Part shown: positions 25,077 to 34,844 of the stretch, piece after piece | Layout of the letters: every line of letters begins with the position of its first letter | Numbering within the stretch: the stretch's first letter is position 1 | Assembly: GCA_043809585.1 (NCBI GenBank) | Contig: JBDROZ010000026.1 | Location: forward strand, 1 to 64,000 | Reading direction: 5' to 3' | Source of the DNA: Candidatus Eiseniibacteriota bacterium | Lineage (GTDB): Bacteria; Orphanbacterota; Orphanbacteria; Orphanbacterales; Orphanbacteraceae | Length of the DNA: 64,000 nt | The notes under the pieces: model-generated | Databases searched by the model: none | What the model saw: only the letters and a program-made list of their open reading frames with translations | What the model was told of the DNA's origin: nothing | Made by a program: the position numbers and the translations under genes

Positions 25077-26758
25077 GCGTCGATCTCGTCGAAATGCTGG
25101 TCCGGTCCGAGGTCCTCACCTCGGAGCAGGCGGAACAGGTCCGTAAGCAGAAGGAATCGTCGGGGGACCCGACCGACTCGTGTCTCGTGAAGCTCGGCCT
25201 GATCACGGAGGAAGCCCTTCTCGAGTTTCTTTCCCGCACGTTCAAAGTGATGCGGGCCGATCTCGGCGAGAACCCCGTCGACCAGTCGGTCCTCGATCTC
25301 GTTCCGAGCGAGATCTGCTCGAGGTTCAACGTCATCCCGATCCGCCGGCAGGGCCGCGCCCTCCATCTCGCCATGGCGGACCCGAGCAACATCTACGCCG
25401 TGGAGGACATCAAGTTCCTCACCGGCCTCGAAGTGCAGCCCGTGGTCGCCCTCGAGTCGAAAATCAAGGAGTCGATCGGCGTCTGCTACGACAACTCCTC
25501 CGAGGCCCTCGAGAACCTCATGAAGGACTTCGAGGAAGAGGACGTGGAGGTCGTGGACACGGCGGCCGAGGCCGACTCCGCCTCCGACGCCTCCGACGCA
25601 CCGGTGGTCAAGCTCGTGAACTCCATGATCGCCGAGGCGGTCCACCGCCGGGCGAGCGACATCCACATCGAGCCCTTCGAAAAGAGCCTTCGCGTTCGCT
25701 TCCGCATCGATGGAACCCTCTACACGGTGATGGCGCCGCCGCTCAGGATGAAGAACGCGATCTGCTCCCGCATGAAGATCATGGCGTCCCTCGACATCGC
25801 CGAACGGCGGGTCCCCCAGGACGGGAACATCAAGATCCGTATGCAGGACAAGACCGTCGACCTCCGGGTCTCGACGTTGCCGACGATCTTCGGCGAGAAA
25901 ATCGTGCTTCGCGTCCTCGACCAATCGAACCTGAACGTGGACCTCTCGAAGCTGGGTTTCGAGGAGAAGGCGAGGAACGACTTTCAGCGGGCGATCCGCT
26001 CCCCCTGGGGCATGGTGCTCGTGACCGGCCCGACGGGGAGCGGAAAGACGACGACCCTCTACTCGGCGCTCAGCACGATCAACTCGCCGGACACGAACAT
26101 CCTGACCGCCGAGGATCCGGTGGAGTACAACCTGGACGGCATCAACCAGGTGGGCATCCACGAGGCGGCGGGGCTCACCTTCGCCTCCGCCCTCCGGGCA
26201 TTCCTGCGCCAGGACCCGAATATCATCATGGTCGGCGAGGTCCGTGATCTGGAAACGGCGGGGATCGCCGTGAAGGCGGCCCTGACGGGGCACCTGGTGC
26301 TGTCGACCCTTCACACGAACGACGCGCCGAGCACGATCAACCGGATGATCGACATGGGGGTGGAGCCCTTCCTGGTTTCGTCGTCGGTTCGGTTGATTCT
26401 CGCCCAGCGTCTCGTCAGGCGTGTCTGTTCCAAGTGCGGCGAGGAGTTCCGGCCCCATCCGGAGGCGCTCGCGGAGCTCGGGGTGACGGAGGATTGGGCG
26501 AGCCATGTCACGTTCAAGAAGGGAAAGGGCTGTGATGCGTGCAACAACTCCGGGTACTCCGGACGCCAGGGGTTGTTTGAAGTGATGCCCGTGACGTCCG
26601 CCATCGGCCGTCAGATTCTCGACCGGGCGTCCACGGACGACATCCGGGAGAAGGCGAAGGAGGAGGGCATGCTCACCCTCCGGATGGACGGCATCAAGAA
26701 GGTCGAACAGGGAATCACCACGATCGAGGAGGTCCTTCGGGAGACGTCCGCGACCTAG
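25073..26758 (+). CDS. pilB: Type IV pilus assembly ATPase
   Basis: ASDIHIEP; GPTGSGKT; LRQDP; Cys4 site. Confidence 0.95.
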   Translation: MSVDLVEMLVRSEVLTSEQAEQVRKQKESSGDPTDSCLVKLGLITEEALLEFLSRTFKVMRADLGENPVDQSVLDLVPSEICSRFNVIPIRRQGRALHLAMADPSNIYAVEDIKFLTGLEVQPVVALESKIKESIGVCYDNSSEALENLMKDFEEEDVEVVDTAAEADSASDASDAPVVKLVNSMIAEAVHRRASDIHIEPFEKSLRVRFRIDGTLYTVMAPPLRMKNAICSRMKIMASLDIAERRVPQDGNIKIRMQDKTVDLRVSTLPTIFGEKIVLRVLDQSNLNVDLSKLGFEEKARNDFQRAIRSPWGMVLVTGPTGSGKTTTLYSALSTINSPDTNILTAEDPVEYNLDGINQVGIHEAAGLTFASALRAFLRQDPNIIMVGEVRDLETAGIAVKAALTGHLVLSTLHTNDAPSTINRMIDMGVEPFLVSSSVRLILAQRLVRRVCSKCGEEFRPHPEALAELGVTEDWASHVTFKKGKGCDACNNSGYSGRQGLFEVMPVTSAIGRQILDRASTDDIREKAKEEGMLTLRMDGIKKVEQGITTIEEVLRETSAT

Positions 26759-26793
26759 GGGACGGTCCCGGCTGGTGGGAGAGGAAATCGAGG

Positions 26794-27885
26794 ATGGCTT
26801 CACTCCGGGTTTTGTTGGAAGAGATGCTCGAACGAAACGCGTCGGACCTCCATCTGTCCGCGGGACATCCCCCGCAGCTCCGAGTGGACGGGGAACTTCT
26901 GTCGAGCCGCTCGGCGGAGGCGCTCAGCCCGGAGACGACGCTCCAGCTCGCCTACTCGATTCTCACCGAAGACCAGCGGAAGCGGTTCGAAAACGAGAGG
27001 GAGCTGGACCTCTCGTTCGGGATCCGGGGGGTTTCCCGGTTCCGGGCGAACGTCTACATGCAGCGGGGATCGGTTTCGGTGGCGCTCCGCCGGATTCCCT
27101 TCGAGATTCTCTCCTTCGAGGAGCTGGGACTCCCGCCGGTGGTTCAGGACCTGTCGGCCAAACCCCGGGGCCTGATTCTCGTCACGGGCCCCACGGGGTC
27201 CGGCAAGTCGACCACCCTCGCGTCGATCCTGGACAAGATCAATCGGGAGAAGCGGCTCCACATCATCACCATCGAGGACCCGATCGAGTACGTGCACCAG
27301 AACCAGGCTTCGACGATCGACCAGCGCGAGGTGGGATCCGACACGGCGTCCTTCCACGCGGCGTTGAAATACGTGTTGCGGCAGGATCCGGACGTCATCC
27401 TGATCGGCGAGATGCGGGACCTCGAGACGATCCAGGCGGCCCTCACCATCGCCGAAACGGGGCATCTGGCCCTCGCCACGCTCCACACCAACTCGGCGGC
27501 CGAATCGATCAACCGTATCGTGGACGTCTTCCCGTCGAACTTGAAGAACGAGGTGCAGGCCCAGCTCGCCTTCGTTCTCGAGGGCGTCATCTGCCAGCAG
27601 CTGATCCCCCGTTCCTTCGGCTCCGGCCGGGCGATGATCTCGGAGGTGCTCGTCTGCACGCCGGCGATCCGGGCGGCCGTCCGGGAGGGAAAGATCCACC
27701 AGATCTACGGAATGATGCAGGCCGGCACCAAGTACGGCATGCAGACCATGAACCAGTCCCTGCTCCAAGCGGTCCGACGGAGACTCCTTTCCCGGGAGGA
27801 CGCCCTGGAGCGAAGCTTCGATCCGAAGGAGCTGGAGCAGATGTTCGGGCGCGCCACGGCCCCCGTGCCGGCCGGGCGACGCTAG
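26794..27885 (+). CDS. pilT: Type IV pilus retraction ATPase
   Basis: ASDLHL; GPTGSGKSTTLA; AETGHL; AIR motif; GMQTM. Confidence 0.95.
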   Translation: MASLRVLLEEMLERNASDLHLSAGHPPQLRVDGELLSSRSAEALSPETTLQLAYSILTEDQRKRFENERELDLSFGIRGVSRFRANVYMQRGSVSVALRRIPFEILSFEELGLPPVVQDLSAKPRGLILVTGPTGSGKSTTLASILDKINREKRLHIITIEDPIEYVHQNQASTIDQREVGSDTASFHAALKYVLRQDPDVILIGEMRDLETIQAALTIAETGHLALATLHTNSAAESINRIVDVFPSNLKNEVQAQLAFVLEGVICQQLIPRSFGSGRAMISEVLVCTPAIRAAVREGKIHQIYGMMQAGTKYGMQTMNQSLLQAVRRRLLSREDALERSFDPKELEQMFGRATAPVPAGRR

Positions 27886-27900
27886 GGGGGAGGGTCCCCG

Positions 27901-29109
27901 TTGTCGGTTACCTATGCGTGGAAGGGAAAGACCCCGGCGGGGGAGGCCGTCTCCGGCGAGGTGACGGTCGAGAACCGCCGGGAACTGAACCACATCCTCC
28001 GGAAACGGCGGATCGTGCCGGTCCGGGTCAAAGAGAAGAAGGCGAAGAGGGGGGGAAAGCGGGGATCGGTCAAGACGAACGACCTCGCGCTCTTCACCCG
28101 CCAGTTCGCGACGATGATCAACGCGGGTCTCCCGATCGTCCAGTGTCTCGACACGCTGGCGAAGCAGGTGACGAAGGAGAGGTTCCGGGAAACGATTCAC
28201 GGGATCACCCGGGACGTCGAGTCCGGGGCGACCCTCGCCGAGGCGCTCGGAAAGCACAAGGAGACCTTCCCGGACCTGTACGTTTCCATGGTGGAGGCGG
28301 GCGAGCACGGAGGCATCCTCGACATCATCCTCCAGCGGCTATCGGTCTTCCTCGAAAAGCTGGACGCCCTGAAACGGAAGGTGAAGACCGCCATGATGTA
28401 CCCGTCGGTGGTGCTTTCCGTGGCGGTCCTCGCGACGGTCTTCCTGCTCATCTTCATCATCCCGACCTTCGCCAAGATGTTCTCCGATTTCGGCGGGGTC
28501 CTGCCCCTCCCCACCCGGGTGGTGATGGGCCTCTCGAACTTCCTTAGGAGCCAGTGGTACACGCTCGCGGCGATCATCGCCGGGATCGTCTATGGATTGC
28601 GGCGCTACGGGAAGACCGAAGCGGGGCGTCTCAAGATCGACACGACGCTGCTCAAGATCCCCGCCATCGGCGACATTCTCCGGAAGTCGGCGGTGGCCCG
28701 GTTCACCCGGACCCTCGGGACCCTGATCTCGAGCGGCGTGCCGATTCTCGACGGCCTGAACATCACGGCCCGTACGGCGGGCAACATGGTCGTCCACAAC
28801 GCCATCATGAAGACCCGGGTGAGCATCCGGGAGGGGCAGACCATCGCCGATCCGCTCCGGGCGTCGGAGGTCTTCCCGCCCATGGTGGTGCAGATGATTT
28901 CGATCGGCGAGGAGACGGGCGCCCTCGACGAGATGCTCGAGAAGATCGCCGATTTCTACGAGCAGGAAGTCGACACGGCCGTGGACGGCCTGACCTCGAT
29001 CATCGAGCCTCTCATGATCGTGCTCATGGGCGGCGTGGTCGGCGGCATGGTGGTCGCCATGTACCTCCCCATCTTCAAGATGGTGAACGTGATCATGGCG
29101 GGATCGTAG
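27901..29109 (+). CDS. pilC: Type IV pilus platform protein
   Basis: FTRQFATMINAGLP; AMMYP; GEETGALDEML; AMYLPIF. Confidence 0.95.
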   Translation: MSVTYAWKGKTPAGEAVSGEVTVENRRELNHILRKRRIVPVRVKEKKAKRGGKRGSVKTNDLALFTRQFATMINAGLPIVQCLDTLAKQVTKERFRETIHGITRDVESGATLAEALGKHKETFPDLYVSMVEAGEHGGILDIILQRLSVFLEKLDALKRKVKTAMMYPSVVLSVAVLATVFLLIFIIPTFAKMFSDFGGVLPLPTRVVMGLSNFLRSQWYTLAAIIAGIVYGLRRYGKTEAGRLKIDTTLLKIPAIGDILRKSAVARFTRTLGTLISSGVPILDGLNITARTAGNMVVHNAIMKTRVSIREGQTIADPLRASEVFPPMVVQMISIGEETGALDEMLEKIADFYEQEVDTAVDGLTSIIEPLMIVLMGGVVGGMVVAMYLPIFKMVNVIMAGS

Positions 29110-29156
29110 CCCGCGAGGCGGAGCCGCAGTAGGAAGTTCGTGCATGAGCCAGGCTA
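29107..29156. repeat. Truncated remnant of the TAGCC-ended MITE family
   Basis: CCGCAGTAGGAAGTTCGTGCATGAGCCAGGCTA resembles the reverse complement of the left end of the 10999 element; begins at the pilC TAG. Confidence 0.6.
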
Positions 29157-29169
29157 AGGAGAGGGGCCG

Positions 29170-30966
29170 ATGGACTCCGGTGGTGTGAGGACCGACCAGG
29201 AACGGTTGATGCGGACGACCCTCCGCGCCCTCGTCCAGTTCCGGCTGGTCATGGTGACCGCCATTCTGGGGCTCGGGATCGTCGCGATTCGCGGGCAGTC
29301 GGGGGATTGGAATCTCCCGTTCTTCACGATGCTCGCCATCACCGTCCTCCTCTCCGCCTTCTACTGGGCGGGGATCCGGTGGGGGCGGAACTTCCGGTTT
29401 CAGGGAGTGGCCCAGCTCTTCGTCGACATGGGTCTCGCCACCGGCATCGTCCACTACACGGGGGAGTTCGCCTCCCCCTTCTCGCTCCTCTACATCGTGA
29501 TCATCGCGGCGGGGTCCCGGTTCCTCTTCCTGAAGGGGACGGTGCTCCTCGCCCTTCTCTGCGCGGCGACGCACGGGGCCCACCTTTCCCTCCATCTCGC
29601 CCTCGAGGGGGCGGGGGGGCTCGCGGCGGAAGGGGCGCTCCCGACGTTCGGCATGACGGACGAAGCCCAGCGGGTTCTCGCCGTGCAGGTCGGTCTCTAC
29701 ACGATCACCTTCGTCTTCATCGCCGTGCTCTCCGGATATCTTTCGGTCCGGGTCCAGCGGAAAGGGGCGGCGCTCGACGAGGTGCGGACGCTGCTCCGCC
29801 GGGACCGGCTGAACACGGATCAGATCCTTCGCTCCCTCTCGAGCGGGCTGATCACCGTGGACCGCCGGGGGATGATCGTCAACTTCAACCGGGCCGCGGA
29901 ACGCATTACGGGCCTCGAGACGCGGATGGTGACGGGCCGGCAGTTCGAGAGGGTCCTCGAAGAGGTCTCGCCCCCTCTCGTCACGCTGCTCCGGGGGATC
30001 CTCTCCGGTTGGGAGGACGTGCTCCGGCAGGAGACCACCCTCCGGTCCCTCGCCGGGAGCGTGGTGCCCATCGGCATGTCGGCTTCCCCCCTCCGGGACG
30101 AGGAGGGAAGGAACGCGGGGGTGGTTTGCATCTTCCAAGACCTTACCGAGGTCCGCCGGATGGAGGACCACATCCGGAGTGTCGACCGGCTCGCCGCGGT
30201 GGGCGAACTCTCGGCGGGAATCGCCCACGAGATCCGGAATCCCCTCGCGACGATCAGCGGGTCGATTCAAGTCCTCCTGGGGGAGCTCCGGATGGAGGGG
30301 GAGAACCAGCGGCTCCTCGATCTGGTGGTCCGCGAATCGGACCGGCTTCACCGGATCGTCGAGGATTTCCTCGACTTCGCGAGAACCGGACCGATCGAGG
30401 CGCGGCCCGTGGATCTGGTCGCCCTTCTCGAAGAGATACGGGACATGACGGCGAATCATCCCAAGCGGGCTGCCGGAACGACGGTCCGGGTGGAGGCGCC
30501 CGGCCGGCGCCCCGAGATCGCGGCCGACGCCGAGCAGCTCCGGCGGGCGTTCCTCAACCTGGCGGTGAACGCCTTCGAGGCGATGGGGAATTCGGGGACC
30601 CTGACGTTCCGCGTTGGTTTCCTTCGTTCGTATCAATCGTCGCCGGGGGATACGCCCGGCGAAGCCGTGGTGGTCGAGGTTCGCGACACGGGACCGGGCA
30701 TCCCCGACGGCAGGGGAGAGGAGCTTCTCCGCCCCTTCTTCACCACGAAGAAGGGGGGAGTCGGACTCGGGCTCGCCCTGGCCCAGAAGGTGGTGGTCGC
30801 GCACCGGGGGAGAATCGAGGTCGGTGGTGACGCGAGGGGCGCCGCTTTCACGGTGATTCTGCCGTGGGACGGAGCCGTGGTCCGGGAGCGGGAAGCGGGA
30901 GAATCGACGGGACCGGCGGAAGCGGTCCTCTCCGCGCCGGCCGCGCTCTCGGGGATTCGAGGATGA
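29170..30966 (+). CDS. pilS: PilS-like PAS sensor histidine kinase
   Basis: Multiple TM helices; PAS domain; AHEIRNPL; N/G/F boxes; position next to pilC. Confidence 0.85.
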   Translation: MDSGGVRTDQERLMRTTLRALVQFRLVMVTAILGLGIVAIRGQSGDWNLPFFTMLAITVLLSAFYWAGIRWGRNFRFQGVAQLFVDMGLATGIVHYTGEFASPFSLLYIVIIAAGSRFLFLKGTVLLALLCAATHGAHLSLHLALEGAGGLAAEGALPTFGMTDEAQRVLAVQVGLYTITFVFIAVLSGYLSVRVQRKGAALDEVRTLLRRDRLNTDQILRSLSSGLITVDRRGMIVNFNRAAERITGLETRMVTGRQFERVLEEVSPPLVTLLRGILSGWEDVLRQETTLRSLAGSVVPIGMSASPLRDEEGRNAGVVCIFQDLTEVRRMEDHIRSVDRLAAVGELSAGIAHEIRNPLATISGSIQVLLGELRMEGENQRLLDLVVRESDRLHRIVEDFLDFARTGPIEARPVDLVALLEEIRDMTANHPKRAAGTTVRVEAPGRRPEIAADAEQLRRAFLNLAVNAFEAMGNSGTLTFRVGFLRSYQSSPGDTPGEAVVVEVRDTGPGIPDGRGEELLRPFFTTKKGGVGLGLALAQKVVVAHRGRIEVGGDARGAAFTVILPWDGAVVREREAGESTGPAEAVLSAPAALSGIRG

Positions 30967-32321
30967 CGGGAATGGCCCATTCGAAGATCTTGGTGGTGGA
31001 CGACGAAGAGAGCATGTGCCAGTTCCTTTCGATCATGCTTCGAAAGGACGGGCACGAAGTGCGGACGGCGAGCTCTGGCAAGGAGGCGCTCGCCGCCGTC
31101 GCCGAAGAGCCTCTCGACGCGGTCATCACCGACATCCGCATGTCCGGAATGGGCGGGCTCGACGTCCTCTCGGGCGTGAAGGAGATCGACCCGACCCTGC
31201 CGGTGGTGATCTTGACCGCCTACGCCTCGAAGGAGACCGCCATCGAGGCCGTGAACCGGGGCGCCTTCTACTACCTGACCAAGCAGGCGAAGAACGACGA
31301 GATCAAACTCGTCATCCGGAAAGCCCTCGAACACCGGAAGCTCCGCCGGGAGAACAGCCTCCTCAAGCGGGAACTCCGGATGCACCACGACACGAGGAAG
31401 GTGATCGGCAAGAGCCCCAAGATGGAGGAGGTCTACCGCCTCGTCCACCGGGTGGCGGCGTGCGACTCGACGATTCTCGTGCACGGGGAGAGCGGCACGG
31501 GCAAGGAGTTGATCGCCCGGGAGATCCACTACGCATCGCCCCGGGCGGACGGTCCCTTCGTCTCCATCAACTGCGGGGCCCTCCCGGAAAACCTGCTCGA
31601 GAGCGAACTCTTCGGCCACGTACGGGGATCATTCACGGGGGCCGTGCGGGACAAGGAGGGGCTTTTCGCCGTCGCGGGGGGGGGCACGTTCCTCCTCGAC
31701 GAGGTGGGGGAGACCACCCCCGTCATCCAGGTCAAGCTGCTCCGGGTGCTTCAGGAGCGGGAGATCATCCCCGTCGGCGGGACGCGGCCGATCCCCGTCA
31801 ACGTGCGGCTCGTGGCGGCCACGAACGCGAACCTGGAGGCCATGGTGGAGGACGGACGGTTCCGGGCCGACCTTTACTACCGCCTGAACGTCATCCCCAT
31901 CCACATCCCGCCCCTCCGGGATCGGAACGACGACATCACTCTCCTGGTGGACCACTTCATGAGGCGGTTCGACCCGGGCGGCGCGAAGCGGATCACGCCG
32001 GAGGCGATGGAAGCCCTCGTCCGTTACTCCTGGCCCGGCAACGTGCGGGAGCTCGAGAACATCATCGAGAGGATGGTGATCCTTCAGGAGAAGAGCGTGA
32101 TCGATCTGGAGGACGTCCCCCCTCGGGTCCGGAGTTCCTGGCGGAGGCCGGACGAAGAGGAGGTGGACATCTCCGACATGACCTTGGAGGACCTCGAAAA
32201 GAGGCACCTCCTCCGGGTATTGGAGAATACGGGATGGCAGAAGAGGAAGGCCTCCTCCATCCTCGGCATCAACACGTCGACCCTTTACCGAAAGCTCCAA
32301 CGATACGGGCTCGAGCGTTAA
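30963..32321 (+). CDS. pilR: PilR-like sigma54-dependent response regulator
   Basis: Receiver domain; [15 protein letters not shown]-terminal HTH. Confidence 0.88.
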   Translation: MTGMAHSKILVVDDEESMCQFLSIMLRKDGHEVRTASSGKEALAAVAEEPLDAVITDIRMSGMGGLDVLSGVKEIDPTLPVVILTAYASKETAIEAVNRGAFYYLTKQAKNDEIKLVIRKALEHRKLRRENSLLKRELRMHHDTRKVIGKSPKMEEVYRLVHRVAACDSTILVHGESGTGKELIAREIHYASPRADGPFVSINCGALPENLLESELFGHVRGSFTGAVRDKEGLFAVAGGGTFLLDEVGETTPVIQVKLLRVLQEREIIPVGGTRPIPVNVRLVAATNANLEAMVEDGRFRADLYYRLNVIPIHIPPLRDRNDDITLLVDHFMRRFDPGGAKRITPEAMEALVRYSWPGNVRELENIIERMVILQEKSVIDLEDVPPRVRSSWRRPDEEEVDISDMTLEDLEKRHLLRVLENTGWQKRKASSILGINTSTLYRKLQRYGLER

Positions 32322-32445
32322 CCTCGATCATCGAAGCGGCGTGCCCCGATCTTGAACAGGGCACGCCGTTGCGTTTTCCTCCGTCTCCTCGCAATCTGCG
32401 ATGAAAAGGGGTCCCCTTTCGGGGGGGCTTGGGGGGACCCGTCGG

Positions 32446-32512
32446 TAATGTGTTGATCGATAACCTCTTCAACGGCTCCGGCCGGACAGGCGACCTTGGC
32501 ACACCGATTGCT
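32446..32512 (+). promoter_or_regulatory. Sigma54 promoter of pilA with IHF-like site
   Basis: TGGCAC-ACCGA-TTGCT at 32497-32512; reverse-strand GATCAACACATTA at 32446-32458. Confidence 0.85.
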
Positions 32513-32643
32513 TTTCCTGTTCCCGTGACAACAGGAAAAGGGTCAGGGTCCCGGGATCGAAATCGGAGACCACCTTGGGAAGAGCAACAGAGGATCCCGG
32601 GGCCCGGCCCAAAATTCGGGAAAGCTCGAAGGGAGGTACGAAA

Positions 32644-33090
32644 ATGAATCAGCAGCGAGGCTTCACGCTCATCGAGCTCATGATCGTGGTGGTGATCATC
32701 GGCATTCTTGCCGCGATCGCCATTCCGAACTTCGTGTCGATGCAGAGCCGTGCCAAGGAAGCCGGCGTGAAGGGCAATCTCCACACGATCCAGCTGGCTT
32801 TCGAGGACTTCAACGTTCTCGCGGACGGGGTGTATCCGGCGACCGCGGCCAGCCTTTACGGCGGCGCCGGGACGACCCTGGAGAGCCTGCTGCCCGACTG
32901 GGACGGCGTGGCCGGCGGCGATTTCCCGCGGAACCCGTTCGACTCGGCGGTGACCCCGTTCGCCTGGGGCGCCGGTGCGGCGGCTTCGTCCGGCGCCTGC
33001 GCGGCGACCACCGCGGCGGTCGATGGTTACACTCTCGAAGCGCGCGGCAAAGACACCGCGACCTACATCTTGACGCTAAAAAACTCGTAA
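32644..33090 (+). CDS. pilA: Major type IVa pilin (148 aa)
   Basis: [34 protein letters not shown]. Confidence 0.92.
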   Translation: MNQQRGFTLIELMIVVVIIGILAAIAIPNFVSMQSRAKEAGVKGNLHTIQLAFEDFNVLADGVYPATAASLYGGAGTTLESLLPDWDGVAGGDFPRNPFDSAVTPFAWGAGAAASSGACAATTAAVDGYTLEARGKDTATYILTLKNS

Positions 33091-33156
33091 TGGGCGGTTG
33101 GTAGAAGGCGGGAGGGCCCCCCGCGGGGCCCTGCACGCCTAGCCAAGCCGCTCGTT

Positions 33157-33233
33157 AAAAAAAGTCGATCCCGCCGGGCCCACTGACCTCACACCACCGA
33201 TCCGCACCGGGCCCCGGCGGGGTCCTTTTTTTT
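33157..33233 (+). terminator. Intrinsic terminator after pilA, possibly bidirectional
   Basis: A7, GC stem GATCCCGCCGGGCCC/GGGCCCCGGCGGGGTC (large loop), T8. Confidence 0.65.
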
Positions 33234-33235
33234 GT

Positions 33236-33409
33236 CCGCGATCCGGGGGTAGGGGGTGCTGCGGGTGAGGATCGCGGCCTGCGACGGTGTTTCTCCTTCG
33301 GCCGCTTCCTCGACGTAGCGAGGGCTACGCCTCCGGGAGCGGCCTCGTCCGAAACACGTCTCGGCGGCGCGCTCCTCCCCCTCGCTACGCCCCCACCCCC
33401 GAACCGCGG
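33236..33409. repeat. Long hairpin element whose core is homologous to the 10999-11179 element
   Basis: Shared GCCGCTTCCTCGAC...GCCTCCGGGAGCGGC core; different outer stem. Confidence 0.7.
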
Positions 33410-33454
33410 ACAATGAGGAATGAGGGAGGTCGGAGTCCCATTTGAGCTCATCTG

Positions 33455-33803
33455 CTTTGGAATGAGTGGGGGACTGGTCTCGCCCGAGCTTCCGGTTACG
33501 AGGACATCCGTCTTACCTCAGCGAGCCCTGTCCCCCTCCGGACGGATACTGCCCGCGAGCACGACCATTCCAGGGTGCAGAAGAGGATTTCAAGGAAACG
33601 GGAACTTCGGGCTCTCCGAAATCAAACCGCGCATAGAACTTTGGAATGGGTGGGGGACTGGTCTCGCCCGAGCTTCCGGCGGAATGTGGGGGACATGAAC
33701 TCGTTTCGTGTCCCCCGCATTCCTCAGCGAGCCCTGTCCCCCTCCGGACGGATACTGCCCGCGAGCACGACCATTCCAGGGTGCAGAAGGGGATTTCAAG
33801 GAA
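33455..33803. repeat. Tandem direct repeat: two structured units (33455-33597, 33639-33803)
   Basis: Near-identical flanks; GGGGGACTGGTCTCGC...GCGAGCCCTGTCCCCC stem enclosing different inserts. Confidence 0.85.
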
Positions 33804-33830
33804 GTCGTTGCTCTGGAATTCGCCCCCCCC

Positions 33831-33857
33831 TGCAGACCATTGCCGAACTGCCGATAA
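33831..33857 (+). promoter_or_regulatory. Sigma28/FliA-like promoter upstream of the ABC operon
   Basis: TGCAG-N14-GCCGATAA. Confidence 0.45.
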
Positions 33858-33899
33858 GTCGTGCGAATGTCCTTTGTTCCGTCGAATCGGAGGATGCCG

Positions 33900-34823
33900 T
33901 TGATCGAGCTGAGGGGAGTGACGAAAACGTACAGGAGCGAGTTCCTCCGGAGGCTCCGGCCGGTGCTCCGGGGGGTGGACCTCGTCGTCCGCCGGGGGGA
34001 GACGTACGCGCTTCTCGGGGCGAACGGCGAGGGGAAGACGACCATCATGAAGATCGTCCTCGACCTGATCCGCCCGGACAGGGGAGAGGTGATCGTGGAC
34101 GGTCTCCCGGCCTCGGACCCGAAGGCCCGCCGGAGGGTCGCCTTCCTGCCGGAGCATCCCTACTTCTTTCCCCACCTGACCGGCGAGGAGCTCGTCGTCT
34201 ATTACGGCCGCCTCTCGGGGCTCGGCGGGCGGGAGGCGGCCGAGAAAGCCGGCCGCTGGCTCGACCGGGTCCGGATCGGAGAGGCCCGCCGCCGTCCCGT
34301 GCGGACCTACTCGAAAGGCATGCTCCAGCGGGTCGGGTTCGCCCAGGCCCTCGTGAGCGATCCGGAACTGCTCGTTCTCGACGAGCCCCTCTCCGGTCTC
34401 GACCCCGTGGGCCGGAGAGAGATGAGGGACTTGATCGGGGAGCTGAAAGACCGGGGCGCCACGATCTTCCTCACCTCCCACATTCTGGAGGACGTGGAGC
34501 GTCTTTCCGACCGCGCCGGCTTCTTGGCGGACGGCCGCATCCGGCGCGAGGTGGAAGGACGGGAGACAGGCCGTCTCGAGGTCCACGTCGCGGGCCTGGA
34601 CGTCGAAGCGGTCAGGCTCGGCGAACTCGACGCGCAGCGGATCGCGCTCTCGGGCGAGCACGTTCTCGTCTCCCTCGGGAGCGAAGAGGAGCTTCCCCGC
34701 CTGAGCGAGACATTGCGGACCCGGGGCGGCCGGATTCTGAAGGTGGAGCCGCGGCGGGAATCGCTCGAGGAGATCTTCATCGAGCACGTGCGGGCCCGGG
34801 AAGAGGAACGGGAGCCGGCGTAG
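33900..34823 (+). CDS. Pilus-associated ABC transporter ATPase (Myxococcus PilH-like)
   Basis: GANGEGKTT; YSKGMLQR; LDEP; TTG start 6 nt after GGAGG. Confidence 0.88.
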   Translation: MIELRGVTKTYRSEFLRRLRPVLRGVDLVVRRGETYALLGANGEGKTTIMKIVLDLIRPDRGEVIVDGLPASDPKARRRVAFLPEHPYFFPHLTGEELVVYYGRLSGLGGREAAEKAGRWLDRVRIGEARRRPVRTYSKGMLQRVGFAQALVSDPELLVLDEPLSGLDPVGRREMRDLIGELKDRGATIFLTSHILEDVERLSDRAGFLADGRIRREVEGRETGRLEVHVAGLDVEAVRLGELDAQRIALSGEHVLVSLGSEEELPRLSETLRTRGGRILKVEPRRESLEEIFIEHVRAREEEREPA

Positions 34824-34844
34824 GGCCGGGAGGAGGAAGGACCG

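Noticed and set aside
32644-33090. PilA as a conductive e-pilin
   Set aside because: Full-length pilin; mature positions 27 and 32 are Met and Lys rather than aromatic, and no cytochrome genes are nearby
33455-33803. CRISPR array or integron attC sites
   Set aside because: Only two units of more than 140 bp, no cas or integrase gene, and no evident RYYYAAC/GTTRRRY ends
33420-33903. Small ORFs in the pilA-ABC interval
   Set aside because: They are translations of the repeats, with no coding signature
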